In this document: piece by piece, positions 12,411-24,399 of the stretch
How the letters are laid out: every line of letters starts with the position of its first letter
Position numbering within the stretch: the stretch's first letter is position 1
Assembly (NCBI RefSeq): GCF_036321535.1
Contig: NC_087437.1
Span: 33,482,001 to 33,546,000 of the forward strand
DNA length: 64,000 nucleotides
Direction of reading: 5' to 3'
Origin: Camelus dromedarius
Lineage: Eukaryota
Translations under genes and position numbers: made by a program
The notes under the pieces: generated by a model
What the model was told of the DNA's origin: nothing
The model's database searches: none
Seen by the model: only the letters and a program-made list of their open reading frames with translations

Positions 12411-14672
12411 ATTACAAACCCTCTCTCCATTTCCACACTTCTTCCTCCAGGTCAATGAGACCGAGATCTCGGTAAGAAATGAAGGAGAAATTCCCTGTAA
12501 GGAGTACGAGAGGGCAGTTTCTGTAGTGGTCCTAGCTAGCTAGTGTTGCTGGCTGGTCTTCAATGAAGAACAGCAACCAATCTGTCATTTCTTCCTGCCA
12601 GACACTTAGGTAACATAGATCCCACCTGTACAACCCCAGGAACTTTACAGAAGACTACATGTACTGCCTCTGAGATCGTAACCCTGTTTTCATGTAGTCT
12701 TTCATGGTATTACAGAAAAAAAGATTTGGATACAGGACATTTTTAAACAAGATAGTTTTTATCTCAACTTTTGATATGAAAAAATAAATACTGAATTAGG
12801 CCTAATTTTAATATGTCAATTTTAATTTGCCCTTTTTAAGGATCATTGGAGAGACTGAATGACATAAGCCTTTAAAAATATACAAATCATTTGAAATTCT
12901 AGAAAACAGCTGATATTTTAGGCAAAATAAAATAATCACTAACTTCTAGCCTTATAGAGTCATCTATTACTCATTTAACCAAACTATCAATAGACAGGCA
13001 CCAGACTGGCACTCAGTGAACATTTATTTACTAAGTAATTGTAGTTCATCTCTGAGATGGTGAAATTTGGCTTTTTTGGCTAGTGTTAAAATTACCCAAC
13101 CTATTTTGAAAATTGAACTGTAGCCATAATATACCTGAAAGGAATGCTGGAGACACTGAACACGTGCTGTCTCACTTCTAAGTATATACACACGTTTAGC
13201 ACTCTTGATGCATTTCAACAGCCTTGGATTTTATCTAATTCCCTATCTGTTTTCATCAAGTATTTCTTAAGCCCTGCTATGCGCTAGATCTTGGAGATGA
13301 GAGAAATCTAAGCCAAAGCCGGATTCTATTCTGGAGGAGCTTCTAATTTTATTGGGAAGATTGAATAGGTTTGTAAGAGATGAATAAAATGGCCAGTTCA
13401 AGTGAGTGCTGCAGAGGTGTGAAGACTTCCTGAAGGAAGTGGGCATTGATAGAGGCCCTGGGCTGGGCTTACAAGGCAGTGAAGAGTTCTAACACTAAAA
13501 TAAAAGTGTGAAAACCATTGCCACAGTCAATGAAAAGACATTTAGAAAGTATAAGCCCATTCAGAGAGACTAGCAGCACACAAAGACTCACCTCCCCGCC
13601 CTGCTACCAGAAGGAGGCCAGCCAATGGCTGTTCTCCATTCTCTTTAAGTCTTTACAACCTACACTTGACTATTTTTACCAGTGGACTTGGCATTTCAAA
13701 GCAGCTGATAATCTAGCAGTCAGCTATATTTGGTTTTGTACTGTGAGGCCTGATCATTTCAGTGGCAGATTAACTTTTCTGATTGTGTTTTACTTAGTCT
13801 AATGTTAAACTTAATTTGCATTCCTTGAGCATGCAATGGTTGGACCTTTGGAGAGAAGGGGAGGAGACTGAGGATAAGAAATGAAGGGGCAAGGATTGTT
13901 GTCCAGGGAAGCTGGCTCAGGATGTGGAATTTATCACACAGCATTTGCTCTGTGGACAATCCCCTCACAGGTCATTACGATCAACTGTGGTAGGGTCAAC
14001 CGACCAGGGTCGTTTTACAAATTGTGGTAGTCTTCTCAAAATAAATGTGTTTGTTAAGTGACTCCCTTGAAAATTCAAGAGTATAAGGTTTATATCTCTT
14101 GCCTCTGTCCTGCCTGTGCTTATTTCTGGTGATTGTCTTTTTCTTCTTCAGTGAAAACAAACATTAAATAATGTCTGCTCGGAGGAAGCCTCAGGCGATG
14201 TTGTCTTGTGAGTGAACATTTATCTTTATACAGTGTGAGCAATGAACTCATTCGAGCCTATTAGCAGGTGTGAGGTCAAACCATGGGGACATTCATTTAA
14301 AGGTTCTTTGAATAGGTGTTATATTCATATGGTTTTAGCTTGAGTATATGTCTCTCAGTATAGATAGAAGCACGTATAAATGTAAAAGGGAAGAATTCCC
14401 CTCTCACCGTGGTCTGCCGCCACGTGAGTCCCATGGCCCCACATACAGATAACCGCTGTTCTTAGGTTCCTGTGTGTCCTTCTGATTCTGAACAGGTACT
14501 CACAGGAAGTCTTTTTGTTCAGGGTCGTGAAACTTCTTAGTGGTGTCAGCAGCCCTCCTTCCCTGGTGCTTGTCTAGAAGGGAGGGGTCAGGAAGTCTTG
14601 ACACCCTAATGTGACCTGAGGTTTGGAAAGATGCTGGCCTCAAAATCAGTGCAGAACAAGTTATATCTGTTT

Positions 14673-15739
14673 ACAGAGGTTCTTGCCGTAGGATCCACAG
14701 GTCACAGAATTCAGGGACCTGTGAACGTGGATGAGAAAAATCACATTTTTTTTTTTTGACTAACCTCTGTCTGAAATGAAACATTTTCTTTAATGATGAA
14801 TATAGGCAGAGCTACAGTAGAATTGGCAGGACCTGTGACTTTGTCACTGAATAAGTCACAGATACGACCATATCACATTATAACCATTGTAAATATTCCC
14901 AAATGTCATTGATACTTATTATTATGTTGAAATAGTGAATTTATTGATCCTCTGCTCGTGTTCTAAAATGTGTAGCCAGGGTTTATCTTAATTAGGTGTG
15001 ATGAGACATACAGATGTGGAAGTATTCATAAAGGAAGAAGTTTATACCCAGATCTCTAGAAATAGAAGGCATACCACACCATGCAGGGCCATGTGGAGAC
15101 AGTCCTGGATCGATTAGGTGGCAGAAGCAAGAGAGGGAAGAGTGGGGCTCAGAGCCTTCATTGGGATTTTCAAGGGAAGGAATAAATGAGATGGGGTAGG
15201 TATGCTGAGTAAGTCTGGTATTTGATAGTTTGAGTAATTTCAGCAGGCTCTGGGCTATGCAGGTGGTTCCTAGTTAACCTGTACCTGGCCCTGGGGTGAT
15301 TTTGGATAAGGGGAATATTGGCTCGGTATGTGAGAATTTGTTAAAGCAGATGGTTGGGGTGTGAGCTCTGGATTGGTTGGTTTGTGTATCAGAGATGTGC
15401 CTACAGGGGAATAATTTGCTATCTCTAGGAATTAGCTAGCCCTAGGAGGGGCAGGCCCTCCAGGGTCAAGGCTCCAAATGCCACAGCATCAAAAATACAG
15501 AAAGTGAATATACTCGGTACAGCTAGCTATTTATTTAATGTGTTAATAAGAAAGCACAGGTACTACATAATCACAGTTACGCTTAAAAACATTTTAATTA
15601 CTATATTTCAGTAATCAGATTCCTATGTAACCCTATGTACTTTATTTTCTATATATATGAACACTGTTCTGAGAAGGAGACCATGGTCTTCAGTGGACTA
15701 CCTACCATGAGATCCATGGCTCAGAGATATTAAGCTCTG
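14673..15739. mobile_element. hAT-Charlie (Charlie4a-like) element split by an LTR insertion
   Basis: Left half 14673-14968 (gaattcagggacctgtgaacgtggatgagaaaaatcacat...acctgtgactttgtcac); right half 15522-15739 (tatttaatgtgttaataagaaagcac...ttctgagaaggagaccatgg). Confidence 0.75.
14969..15521 (-). mobile_element. ERVL solo LTR (MER54/MER74-like)
   Basis: TG...CA termini; gggtttatcttaattaggtgtgatgag...gtttgagtaatttcagcaggctctggg...gtacctggccctggggtgatt. Confidence 0.7.
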
Positions 15740-15959
15740 AAGAGTGATTCAGTTTCTTGCCTTACTAACTGTCCTTCATTTTCCACCTTTCTTTCTTGTG
15801 GACCTAAGTTTAGCCAAATTTAGGACCAGAACAAATTATTGTGAGAGATGCTGGCCCAGCCCACCACCACCACCCACACCTTCACCTGTTCTTGCCCCGA
15901 CCTTCCCACATTGCTCCTTACACTGAATGGAGGAGGTGTTCATGATGGCTGTGCGCATG

Positions 15960-16155
15960 CCTGACACCATTCTCTACGTTTTTAACGTGTCATCTCAATT
16001 GACTCTTATGACAATTCTATGAAGTAGGTGTGGTTACCACCCTCATTTTCCCTTGGAGAGGAAACCAAGGTATGGAGTGCTTATAACTTGCCCCAGATAC
16101 CACACCATGGTGGAGTCACGTTGAGGTTGGGTGGTGTGGCTCCAGGCCCCACGCC
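15960..16155 (-). mobile_element. MIR SINE
   Basis: catctcaattgactcttatgacaattctatgaagtagg...gaggaaaccaagg...taacttgccccag. Confidence 0.7.
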
Positions 16156-16567
16156 CTGAACACTGCCGCCATACACTGTGCTTGCGGTATGAGCATGATT
16201 GGGATCTGCGCTCCGAGTATGTGTACCAGGAAGAGGGCATTTTCTCTGACCAAGACTTCATAGTGATTAACTGTCTGAACTTACGAAAGGTTGAAAGGCA
16301 ATCTGAGTGCATTTCTGGGAGTACTTAATTCTTGGGCCCAGAAGGTTCTAGGTCTATGATAATTATTCAAGTGATTTAGGAAAAAAATCTGGAAATGAAT
16401 TCAACATGTGATTAAACTATGTTTGTCAATAAATTAATTGGCAAGTTAAATTCACCCAAGAGGTAACCTCTTTGAAACTTACTTTATGTGAGGGGCCATA
16501 AAATCCCAAAGTGACTGAGTCGTAGCAAAAGCTTGTTTCTGGTTTCTCTGCCAGAGCCATGATCACC

Positions 16568-16573
<6 letters not shown>

Positions 16574-16603
<30 letters not shown>
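16574..16603. repeat. poly(T)30 tract
   Basis: Direct reading. Confidence 0.97.
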
Positions 16604-16829
16604 CCTACCATAAGAAAGGAACCTAGGTCTCAGGTTAGACTTTTTGCTTCCCTACTGACCTGCCTTTTATAGTCCTGGGTATATATAGATCAGGTGTTCA
16701 TAAAGTAAGGCGTGGCGGTATCTTCTTTGCTACTGAAGTTCAGGTATATTGCTTCCTATTATTGTTTTTAAAAGTATAAGGGAAAAATAAATTAACACTG
16801 TCTCAGTCAAGCTTTGCCTTATTGTGTAA

Positions 16830-17230
16830 GCCTACTGCAATTAGCCTTAGGCTCAGCTACATGAAACTGAAACCCAGAATAATAGTGCATTAAATACAAG
16901 AGAGTCTTATTATCCTCTAGTCATTCCTGAGAGGTTTTGGAAGGTGTACCTCATGGTCTAACGTGGCTGTCGGAGCTCCAGCAATAACATCTTTATTCCA
17001 GGAAGTTGGATGGAAAAAGAGAAGAGAGCAAAAAGTGTCTTGCAGTAGTGTTTTAAAGGAAGTGTATTGCCACACAATAACTTGTGCTTACATCTGATTG
17101 GGCAAAATTAGGCACAAGGTCACATCGAGACAAGGGAGACTGAGAAATGTACCAAACTAAAAATTGGAGGTTTTATAGTTATGGAAGAAGGAGAAAATGG
17201 ACGTAGGCATGCAGTTAGAAGCCTTTGTCA
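16830..17230 (-). mobile_element. MaLR LTR (MLT1J/K-like)
   Basis: aacccagaataatagtgcattaaatacaagag...ggctgtcggagctccagc...gcttacatctgattggg...caagggagactgagaaatgta. Confidence 0.65.
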
Positions 17231-17875
17231 TATATACTATTTGGAAAACTTCAGTATGATTTAAGCATCACTAGGGCAGCATACCATTAAGCTCAATTGC
17301 CTTATGAGATAAATAAATCTCCTGGACGTTATATGTGCAAGCCCAAATACACAGTGTGACAATAGCACATATCACAAGGTGTTAAAGTGGTGGCCCTCCC
17401 AGATGACACACCATGCTAACAGACTCTTCTGAATACAAATTCTCAGCTCAGAGACTGCCTCCAAGGGTGATAACTTCAGGTACTGCGTGACAGTGGGAAG
17501 TTTGGAGGATGTAAGTTTTTTGGGGTTAACCTTCAGATTATATCACATCAGATTATATGCAACTGCATATTCTGTCTGAATCTAAAGCTGTTTCTGTATG
17601 TTCAGTTACAACAGAAACTATACTGAAACAAGCCTTATTTTGGTAAGCCTGTGCTATTGTTAAATTTTATTAAGGTGCATTTTGTAAAATACAACATTTT
17701 TTAAAAAGGAAATGCATATATGTCTTTGGAAGTCTTTGGAATCTTGAAAATGTATTGTGCATTCATTTGAGTTACTGGCTCATTTTCCCACTTTTCTGAT
17801 TTGCAAAGAAATAATTTTATTGATGTTTTTTTCCAGCAGGTGGAAATCATAACAGCATCATGCATGCAGGATGCA

Positions 17876-17888
17876 GTTGCTAAGCAAC
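17876..17888. promoter_or_regulatory. RFX X-box-like palindrome GTTGCTAAGCAAC
   Basis: GTTGC-N3-GCAAC fits the RFX consensus GTNRCN(0-3)RGYAAC; lies in repeat-free sequence; occupancy unknown. Confidence 0.4.
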
Positions 17889-19797
17889 CATTTTCAGTGT
17901 TAAAAAAAGTCCAAACAAACCTTTCTTTTAAATGTCTGCAGCATGTGAAAAATTAGATAACTCTCAATCCAACTTTAAATGAACTCATACAACTTACAAA
18001 GATTACATCATCCCTCTTTGTTCCTACTCTTGTAACTTTCATCCACAATGCCACAGTCTTCAAAGATGCAGTTTTAGATCTGGGTCAAGCTAACTGTGGA
18101 ACATAGCAAATACAGTTGGAATTCCTGCTCCACTTTCAATTGTGGCTTTGCCACTCTGACATCCATCAACATGAGGATTCTCATAATTTGTTTTTGATGT
18201 CCTTTGAGTTAAAATTATGTTAGCACAGGTCTTGGGTGCTTTGGAAAAGTGGGTTTTTTGTGGGCACTGGATTGTAACTAAACTTTACCACTAGCTCCCT
18301 TACTTCCCAAAATAAGTCAAGTGATCTGGTATAAGAGAATTATTTCAGGGATTTGGAAATACTGCCCTTCCCCACACCAAGTACAAAGACATCATTGGGG
18401 ACATTTATATATATTTATCTGACCTGCTTCTATGTGAAGGCTGGAGGATGATTTCATAGGGTTGCAGGTGTATTTTGTGTGCAAAGGGAGAGCTGAATGG
18501 CCCCATCTAACCAGTCTAGTTGATTTCAAGACCCACAGAGGATCAGAATTCTTCCTGGAAGAAAGATAGAAGAATATTTTGGTATCTGAGTTGTGCTCCC
18601 CTGGCATGCCTTCCTAGAGGTCACTGGGAGTGACCCCTGGCAGGCTGGGACAGATCTGAGTGCAAAGGGACATGTGTCTAATACATGTGGACATGCTAGG
18701 GGTGATGGAAACTTACCCCCAGCCATGCCATATAATTAAATTCCATAGGAGGCGACCTGGGCATTTTCTAGTCTGGCTGGTGGTCTCGCTGCCTTTGATC
18801 AAATGATGATGTAGATACTGGCAGTAAAATCCTGGGAAGTGACAGAGTTTGTCTTTGACCCCTGTTTATTTCCTCTGCCGTGTCCCCTTCTCGAATGTCC
18901 TTAACTGACATAGTTACCTAAAATCCTAGCACAGGTATCTCTTACCATCAAAACATATGAATCCACTGGATTCAGCTTGTAAGGGATTCTCATATTTCCA
19001 TAGCTCTTTATAAAAGGAGTTTTCACATTCTTCATCTCGTTTGCTTCCCACAGCAACCAGGCCGACAAGAGAAGGCCAAATCCTTTATTTACATTTCCAA
19101 TAATGAAAACCACCAACTTGGAGCTGAAATTGGAACCCAGAACTTCCTACTTTCAGCTTAGGGCTCTTGCCACAAAATTGTAATTTATAATTTCTCTGAT
19201 TTGCTTCTCTTTTTCAGTGGGCTCTGCTAAGTGCTTGATTAATTGATACATTAAAATAAACTGAGTTAAAGTTCCCATTGGGTCTTCTTAGCTTAAAGTG
19301 TCCTTTATAGGGAACATTTGAATCTCAATTGTGGAATATAATTCCATACTTTAAAAAAACAAATAAGGTGAGGATTTCAGGTGTCATGAATTGTTTAGAA
19401 GATGAAAGATGGTATTTCCAGGCAGAATTTTTGAATTAACCAATTCATAAGTCAATACTAATTGAGTTTCTACCATTCTTGGCGTTACAACAGGAAACCA
19501 AACAGACGTGATTCCCTACTCTCATGGGTCTTACAGCTCAGGCAGCTCACTTGTATCCACGGAATCGGTGTATTTTGTCTGTAGCTAAAACTACTTCTGA
19601 TGTGAAAGCATGGACAGGAAGGGTGAGGAAGATGAGTAGATACTGGCAGTAAAATCCTTGGGTGGAGGCAGAGAACTGGCCTTTTATTTTTTCATTCTGG
19701 GACTATGCATGGCTTCAGAAAGGAGGATGATTGCAGATGGTTGCAGGGAATAGCTGGAGGGTGTCCATGCTGGCTCTGAGACCAACAACCAACCCTG

Positions 19798-19964
19798 ATT
19801 TTTTTTTTTTAATGATCATCTACATTCAAACTTTTATTTAATATTTTTTCCAGGGGTGGTAATTAGGTTTATTTATTTATATTTAATGGAAGTACTGGGG
19901 ATTGAGCCCAGGACCTCGTGCATGCTAAGCACACACCCTATCACTGAGCTATTCCCTACCCCTG
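19798..19964 (-). mobile_element. tRNA-Ala(AGC)-derived SINE (camelid vic-1 type)
   Basis: Minus strand GGGAATAGCTCAGTGATAG-GGTGTGTGCTTAGCATGCACGAGGTCCTGGGCTCAATCCCCAGTAC (A box, AGC anticodon arm, degenerate B box), then TAAATAAATAAACCTAATTACC body end and poly(A); probable TSD accaa(c/t)cctg at 19788-19797 and 19965-19974. Confidence 0.9.
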
Positions 19965-20627
19965 ACCAATCCTGCATCGAGGCCCATGGGTAGAAGTGAT
20001 CTGCTATTTTGGATCTTTGATTTACCTCTTACCTTCCAGTGTGCACTGTGAGTTTGAGTGGAGAGGCCCCAGACAAAAGGAATAGAGTGGGAGTGAACTT
20101 GAGGACATTTCTTGAAGGAAGTCTTTCTAAAAACAGGAATCTGTGGAGCGCAACGACTCCTTTCGCACAATCCTCCCACAATATACGTACTGTGTAAAAG
20201 TACTAGTGATAAGTGGTTTTAAAACCTTTTTTTCAATTGTACTCGTCATGTAAATTTTTATATTAAAAACTCAGGGAAATATGACTGTGGTTGCCCCTTT
20301 CCCACAACCACTGCTGTGAAGTGATCTTAGAAATGGTTTCATTGGTCGTAGCTGCTTACACATCAGTTTTTCAAAATCACTGTATTTTGAGAGGGGATGT
20401 AAGTAACTGACTTTTTCATTACGTTTAAGTGTATTCGTTATTTCATCCATGAGATTAATAATAGTTACTCAGCCTGTCTGCTTCTCATTCTTGCATCAAA
20501 CAGCTTATTTCTAACACTGAGACGGGTACTGGTGTAGCGAATAGTTTGATTCATCTTCATGGAATACTCCACATTTATTCCCATTGGTTACTACTCTTTA
20601 CACAAAATATTTTGCAGTCATGTGTTA

Positions 20628-20700
20628 AAAACAAACAAACAAACAAACAAACAAACTAAAACCAAACCAAAGAAACAAACAAAGCAAAACCAAAGCAAAA
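20628..20700. repeat. (AAAC)n microsatellite, degenerate
   Basis: Direct reading. Confidence 0.9.
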
Positions 20701-21967
20701 GACACCCCCAAAATGTAGTTTGAGCCAGTGGATTGGAACAGCTGAAGTTACTCTTGCATGGGAACTGGTCTCACTGCCCAGCAGACTCTCCCAACAATCC
20801 TGATAATAATGATGGTGATTATGGTGTAATATTTGCCATTTATTTTGGCACATACTCCTACCACATGTCTCAAGGGCACGGTGGCACTGTACCAATCTTT
20901 TTTCATGCACTGTATTGAGTCCTCATATAAAGGAGATACTTTGGGTGTTCCTTTCTTATAGTTGAGGAAACCAAGGCTCAGGTGGCTAAAGAACATGTCA
21001 AAGAATGTATAAATCTTGAAGGTGAGCCAGTTTGAAGTTTATGCAGTTTTCACTGTAAAACTGAGTTTGAGCTAGTACCTCCCTATAGGAGTCTTGGCCT
21101 AATGTTCTTTCACGCTCCCAGATCCTTGCTCTTTCCTTTCCTGTTTTGACTTGACTGATGGTCTGAATCAGAGGTTGCTCCAGCTTTGGGGAGATGCTGT
21201 GGCCATCAGGGGAAGCTTGGCCAGGTTGTGAACCTCAGGTCCTCAGACATCCTTTGCCTGGTGGCAGCCTGGCCCCAAAGCCTCAGCTGTGGATTCCTCA
21301 CCAGTGTTCTCTCAAAGCTCAACTTCAGAAAAAGAGCAGTGAAAGTGAAGTCATCTGTCATTTTAGTATCATCTAATATTAGCTTTCCCTTCCCAGTTAA
21401 TTAAGGTGCAGTGTTTCCCTTAGTCATTCTCCTTGGCATGATTGTATTTAAATAACTTTTCTGGTCTCTCCTTATGCTTGTGGAAAGTTTTGCCTCCTTC
21501 TTTATAAGTTAGTCAGTCATTAGTAATGCACTGATTCTTTAAAACTTTTTTCTACAGATCAAAACATCCAAACTTTATCTATGTTTAAAGTCATTATTCT
21601 TGGAAATCAGTAGGTGAACAAATATAGATCATGATTAGTCTTACTAGTAATTAAAGAAACATGATAAAACCAGCAATGAGCTGCCATTTAGCACTCCCCC
21701 ACCTTGAAGTCAACCAACATCTCCATCTCTGTAAATCTGTATCTGTCTGTCCATATCCATGTATCTATGTACTTTCCACTTTGTTTACATACATGACCGT
21801 GTTTGTGTGTGTATATATGTATCTCCAAGAGAAAGTGATTGGTTTAATATATCATCCCCATAGTGGAACAGTTATTAGAAATGATAGCTGTGAAAGTTGG
21901 CATCATGGAAAAGTATGTGATTTAAATCCAAATAAAAAATGTATAAATGCTATGATTCCAACCATGA

Positions 21968-22308
21968 ATATATATAATATATATTATAGGCTGAAGATAT
22001 ATATATATATATATATATACACTTCCATACATATATATATAATGGCTGTATAAGTAATATATGAATATGTAATAATATATGTATGTATATTACATATATA
22101 TATGTATATATATATATAATATATATATTATATATAATATATATATTATATATAATAATATATATATAATATATATATATAATAATATATATATATATTA
22201 TATTATATTATATTAATATATATATATAATATATATATATAATATATTATATTATATATAATATATATATAATATATATAATACATATATAATATATATA
22301 TATATATA
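21968..22308. repeat. AT-rich (TA)n low-complexity tract
   Basis: Almost purely A/T from about 22107 to 22308, made of interrupted TA repeats. Confidence 0.97.
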
Positions 22309-22372
22309 AGACTATCGAGGCATTTGTGCACTGGAGATACTGGACACTGCTCTTATTCAAACAGATTGTTAG

Positions 22373-22904
22373 ACAGGTGGTTCTCAAACTTTAGTATCTG
22401 TCAGTTTCATCTAGGGGGCTTGTTAAACACAGATTCCTGGACCCCATCCTGAGGATTCCGGGGTGGAGCCTGAGGATTTGTATGTCTAACAAGCTTCCAG
22501 GTGATGTTGATACAGGTCAGTCAGCATTGCTTGAGGTAGGTGGTTCTCAGCTGAGGCTACGTATCACTTGAGGGGACCTTTTCAAAAATAAAGATGCCTT
22601 TGTTCCACTCCGGACAAATCAGAACTTCTGGGACTGTGTCCCAGGGCTCACAGCAGGTTTTAGAAGCTCCATAGATGATTCTTATGTGCAGCTAAAGTTG
22701 AGGGCTGTTGCTTTTAGACCACTGGTTCTCAGTCTTGGGAGTATAGTAGAGTCACCTAGAGGCCTTGTTAAACCACAGATTGTTTGGCCCCACCCCCAGA
22801 GTTTCTGATTCAGTTAGTTTCTGACCAGAGAACTTTCATTTCTAACAAGTTCCCAGGTAATGCTGATGCTGCTTGTCCAGGGACCATCCATGGAGAGACA
22901 CTGC
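22373..22904. mobile_element. Three adjacent MER5A/MER5B-like MITEs
   Basis: Three units each starting (c/g)tggttctc (about 22375, 22539, 22720), each with a ccaggtgatg/atagatgattc/ccaggtaatgctgatgctgc right end. Confidence 0.8.
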
Positions 22905-22929
22905 TTTAAAGAATAGACTCTCATGATGG

Positions 22930-23440
22930 GTGCTGGCAGACTGAACTGTAACACTTTCACTGATTGTCACTGCAAATTGCAACATTTTTGTAAAATATTG
23001 AAGCAATATATATTAAGAATTATAAACACCTTCATGCCTTTTGAATGGGTAATTCCACTTTGGGGAATCTATCCTAAGAAGATAGACTAGATACGGAAAA
23101 CGGCCATAAGTTCACAAAACTGATTTTTATAATTGTCAAATATTATCTAGCTAAAAATGTCCAAGAGAAGATGATTGGTTTAATAAGTCATGATACATCC
23201 CCATAATACAATAGTCATTAAAAATGATAGCTGTGAAAGTTGGCAACATGGAAAAGTGTTATGATTTAAATCCTCATAAAAATGTATAAATGCTGTGATT
23301 ACAACCATGAAAAAGCACACATAGGAAGAAAATACCAGAAGGAAATAAACCAAAACAATATATGTCATGTCAGGATGATGGGTTTTTTTTTCTTTCATTT
23401 CCAAATTTTCTATGACTGTTTATCAGTTTTATAACTATAA
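22930..23440 (+). mobile_element. Old L1M 3' fragment
   Basis: taattccactttggggaatctatcctaaga...aaatgtccaag... matches degenerate ORF2-end/3'UTR of ancient L1. Confidence 0.55.
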
Positions 23441-24399
23441 TTATAACTACACCACATGTAATATACATGTATATTGCATCAGATTACTCATTACCACTTC
23501 TCTTTATGATAATGTGGTTTCATCTCGGTTTGAAATAAAATTTCTAAGAATTCTGCATTTGCCTGCAGATCCTAATTGCAACTTTTCCTGACTGACAGCG
23601 CTTGCTCTCTCTCCTACAGCTCCTGTTCAGATATTTTCTGAGTGATGCTAATTACCTCAGAGGTGACACAGAAAGAGCTTAAGGATTCCTATTAGGCGGA
23701 GAGCAGCCAGAGAAAGAGGCAGGGGGCATGCTGATGTTTCCTTCTCATGATGAATGATAAAGCATTCAAGTGAAACTCATCTCTATTCACTATGCCTGCA
23801 ATATCTAAAGGCTTTATAAGAAACTCCAATTATACTCTTTGGTTCTGTGCTGGTTCATCAGAGATGTTCAGGGTTATTTTCCTAAGTCACCATGTAAGCT
23901 GATATACAACAGATCAAATCCTATGACTGGGAGTATTATTTCAGGAGATTTCTCACTATAATTAAAATAGATCTAAGACTCAGATAGCCAGGGGCAGTCT
24001 TGCTTTGCAGACATTATTAAGACTAGATTACCTGCCATAAACACCACTGCCATCCTTAGGATCAGACTGTGGGCAGCCCTTAGGTTGGCACACAGAACTT
24101 AAATAGGCAAAACTGAGTATATTCTACATTTGGTCTTTTAAGTGTTTCTTAATGCTAACTTCTATTTTTCTTTTAGTTGTACTAGCCATTTTTAGTTTTT
24201 TCTCTAAGCTCTTAACATTAACACAATGTTCAGAAATGAGATGTTGGGACTCAAGATGATATCTTTAACCAAAGTGTTTTTTGGAAGGTATATTTTCTAT
24301 TATTATTGTGTCGTTTATAGTAGAAATATATTTAGATCTGTAAACACATTTAACCAATTATTTGTTCACTTTGGTTCCTTTTATTCTATTACCTTCCAG

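Larger units (their letters stand above)
21824..23311 (+). repeat. Dispersed ~145-bp direct repeat (21824-21968 and 23160-23311)
   Basis: Shared tccaagagaa..tgattggtttaata..catccccata..aaatgatagctgtgaaagttggca.catggaaaagt..tgatttaaatcc..aaaaatgtataaatgct.tgatt.caaccatgaa. Confidence 0.9.

Noticed and set aside
16574..16603. poly(T)30 as a poly(A)-only retro-insertion
   Set aside because: No target-site duplication visible on the flanks
19886..19958. tRNA-Ala(AGC)-like cloverleaf
   Set aside because: Degenerate B box and acceptor stem, followed by a SINE body, A-tail and TSD; it is a SINE head, not a tRNA gene
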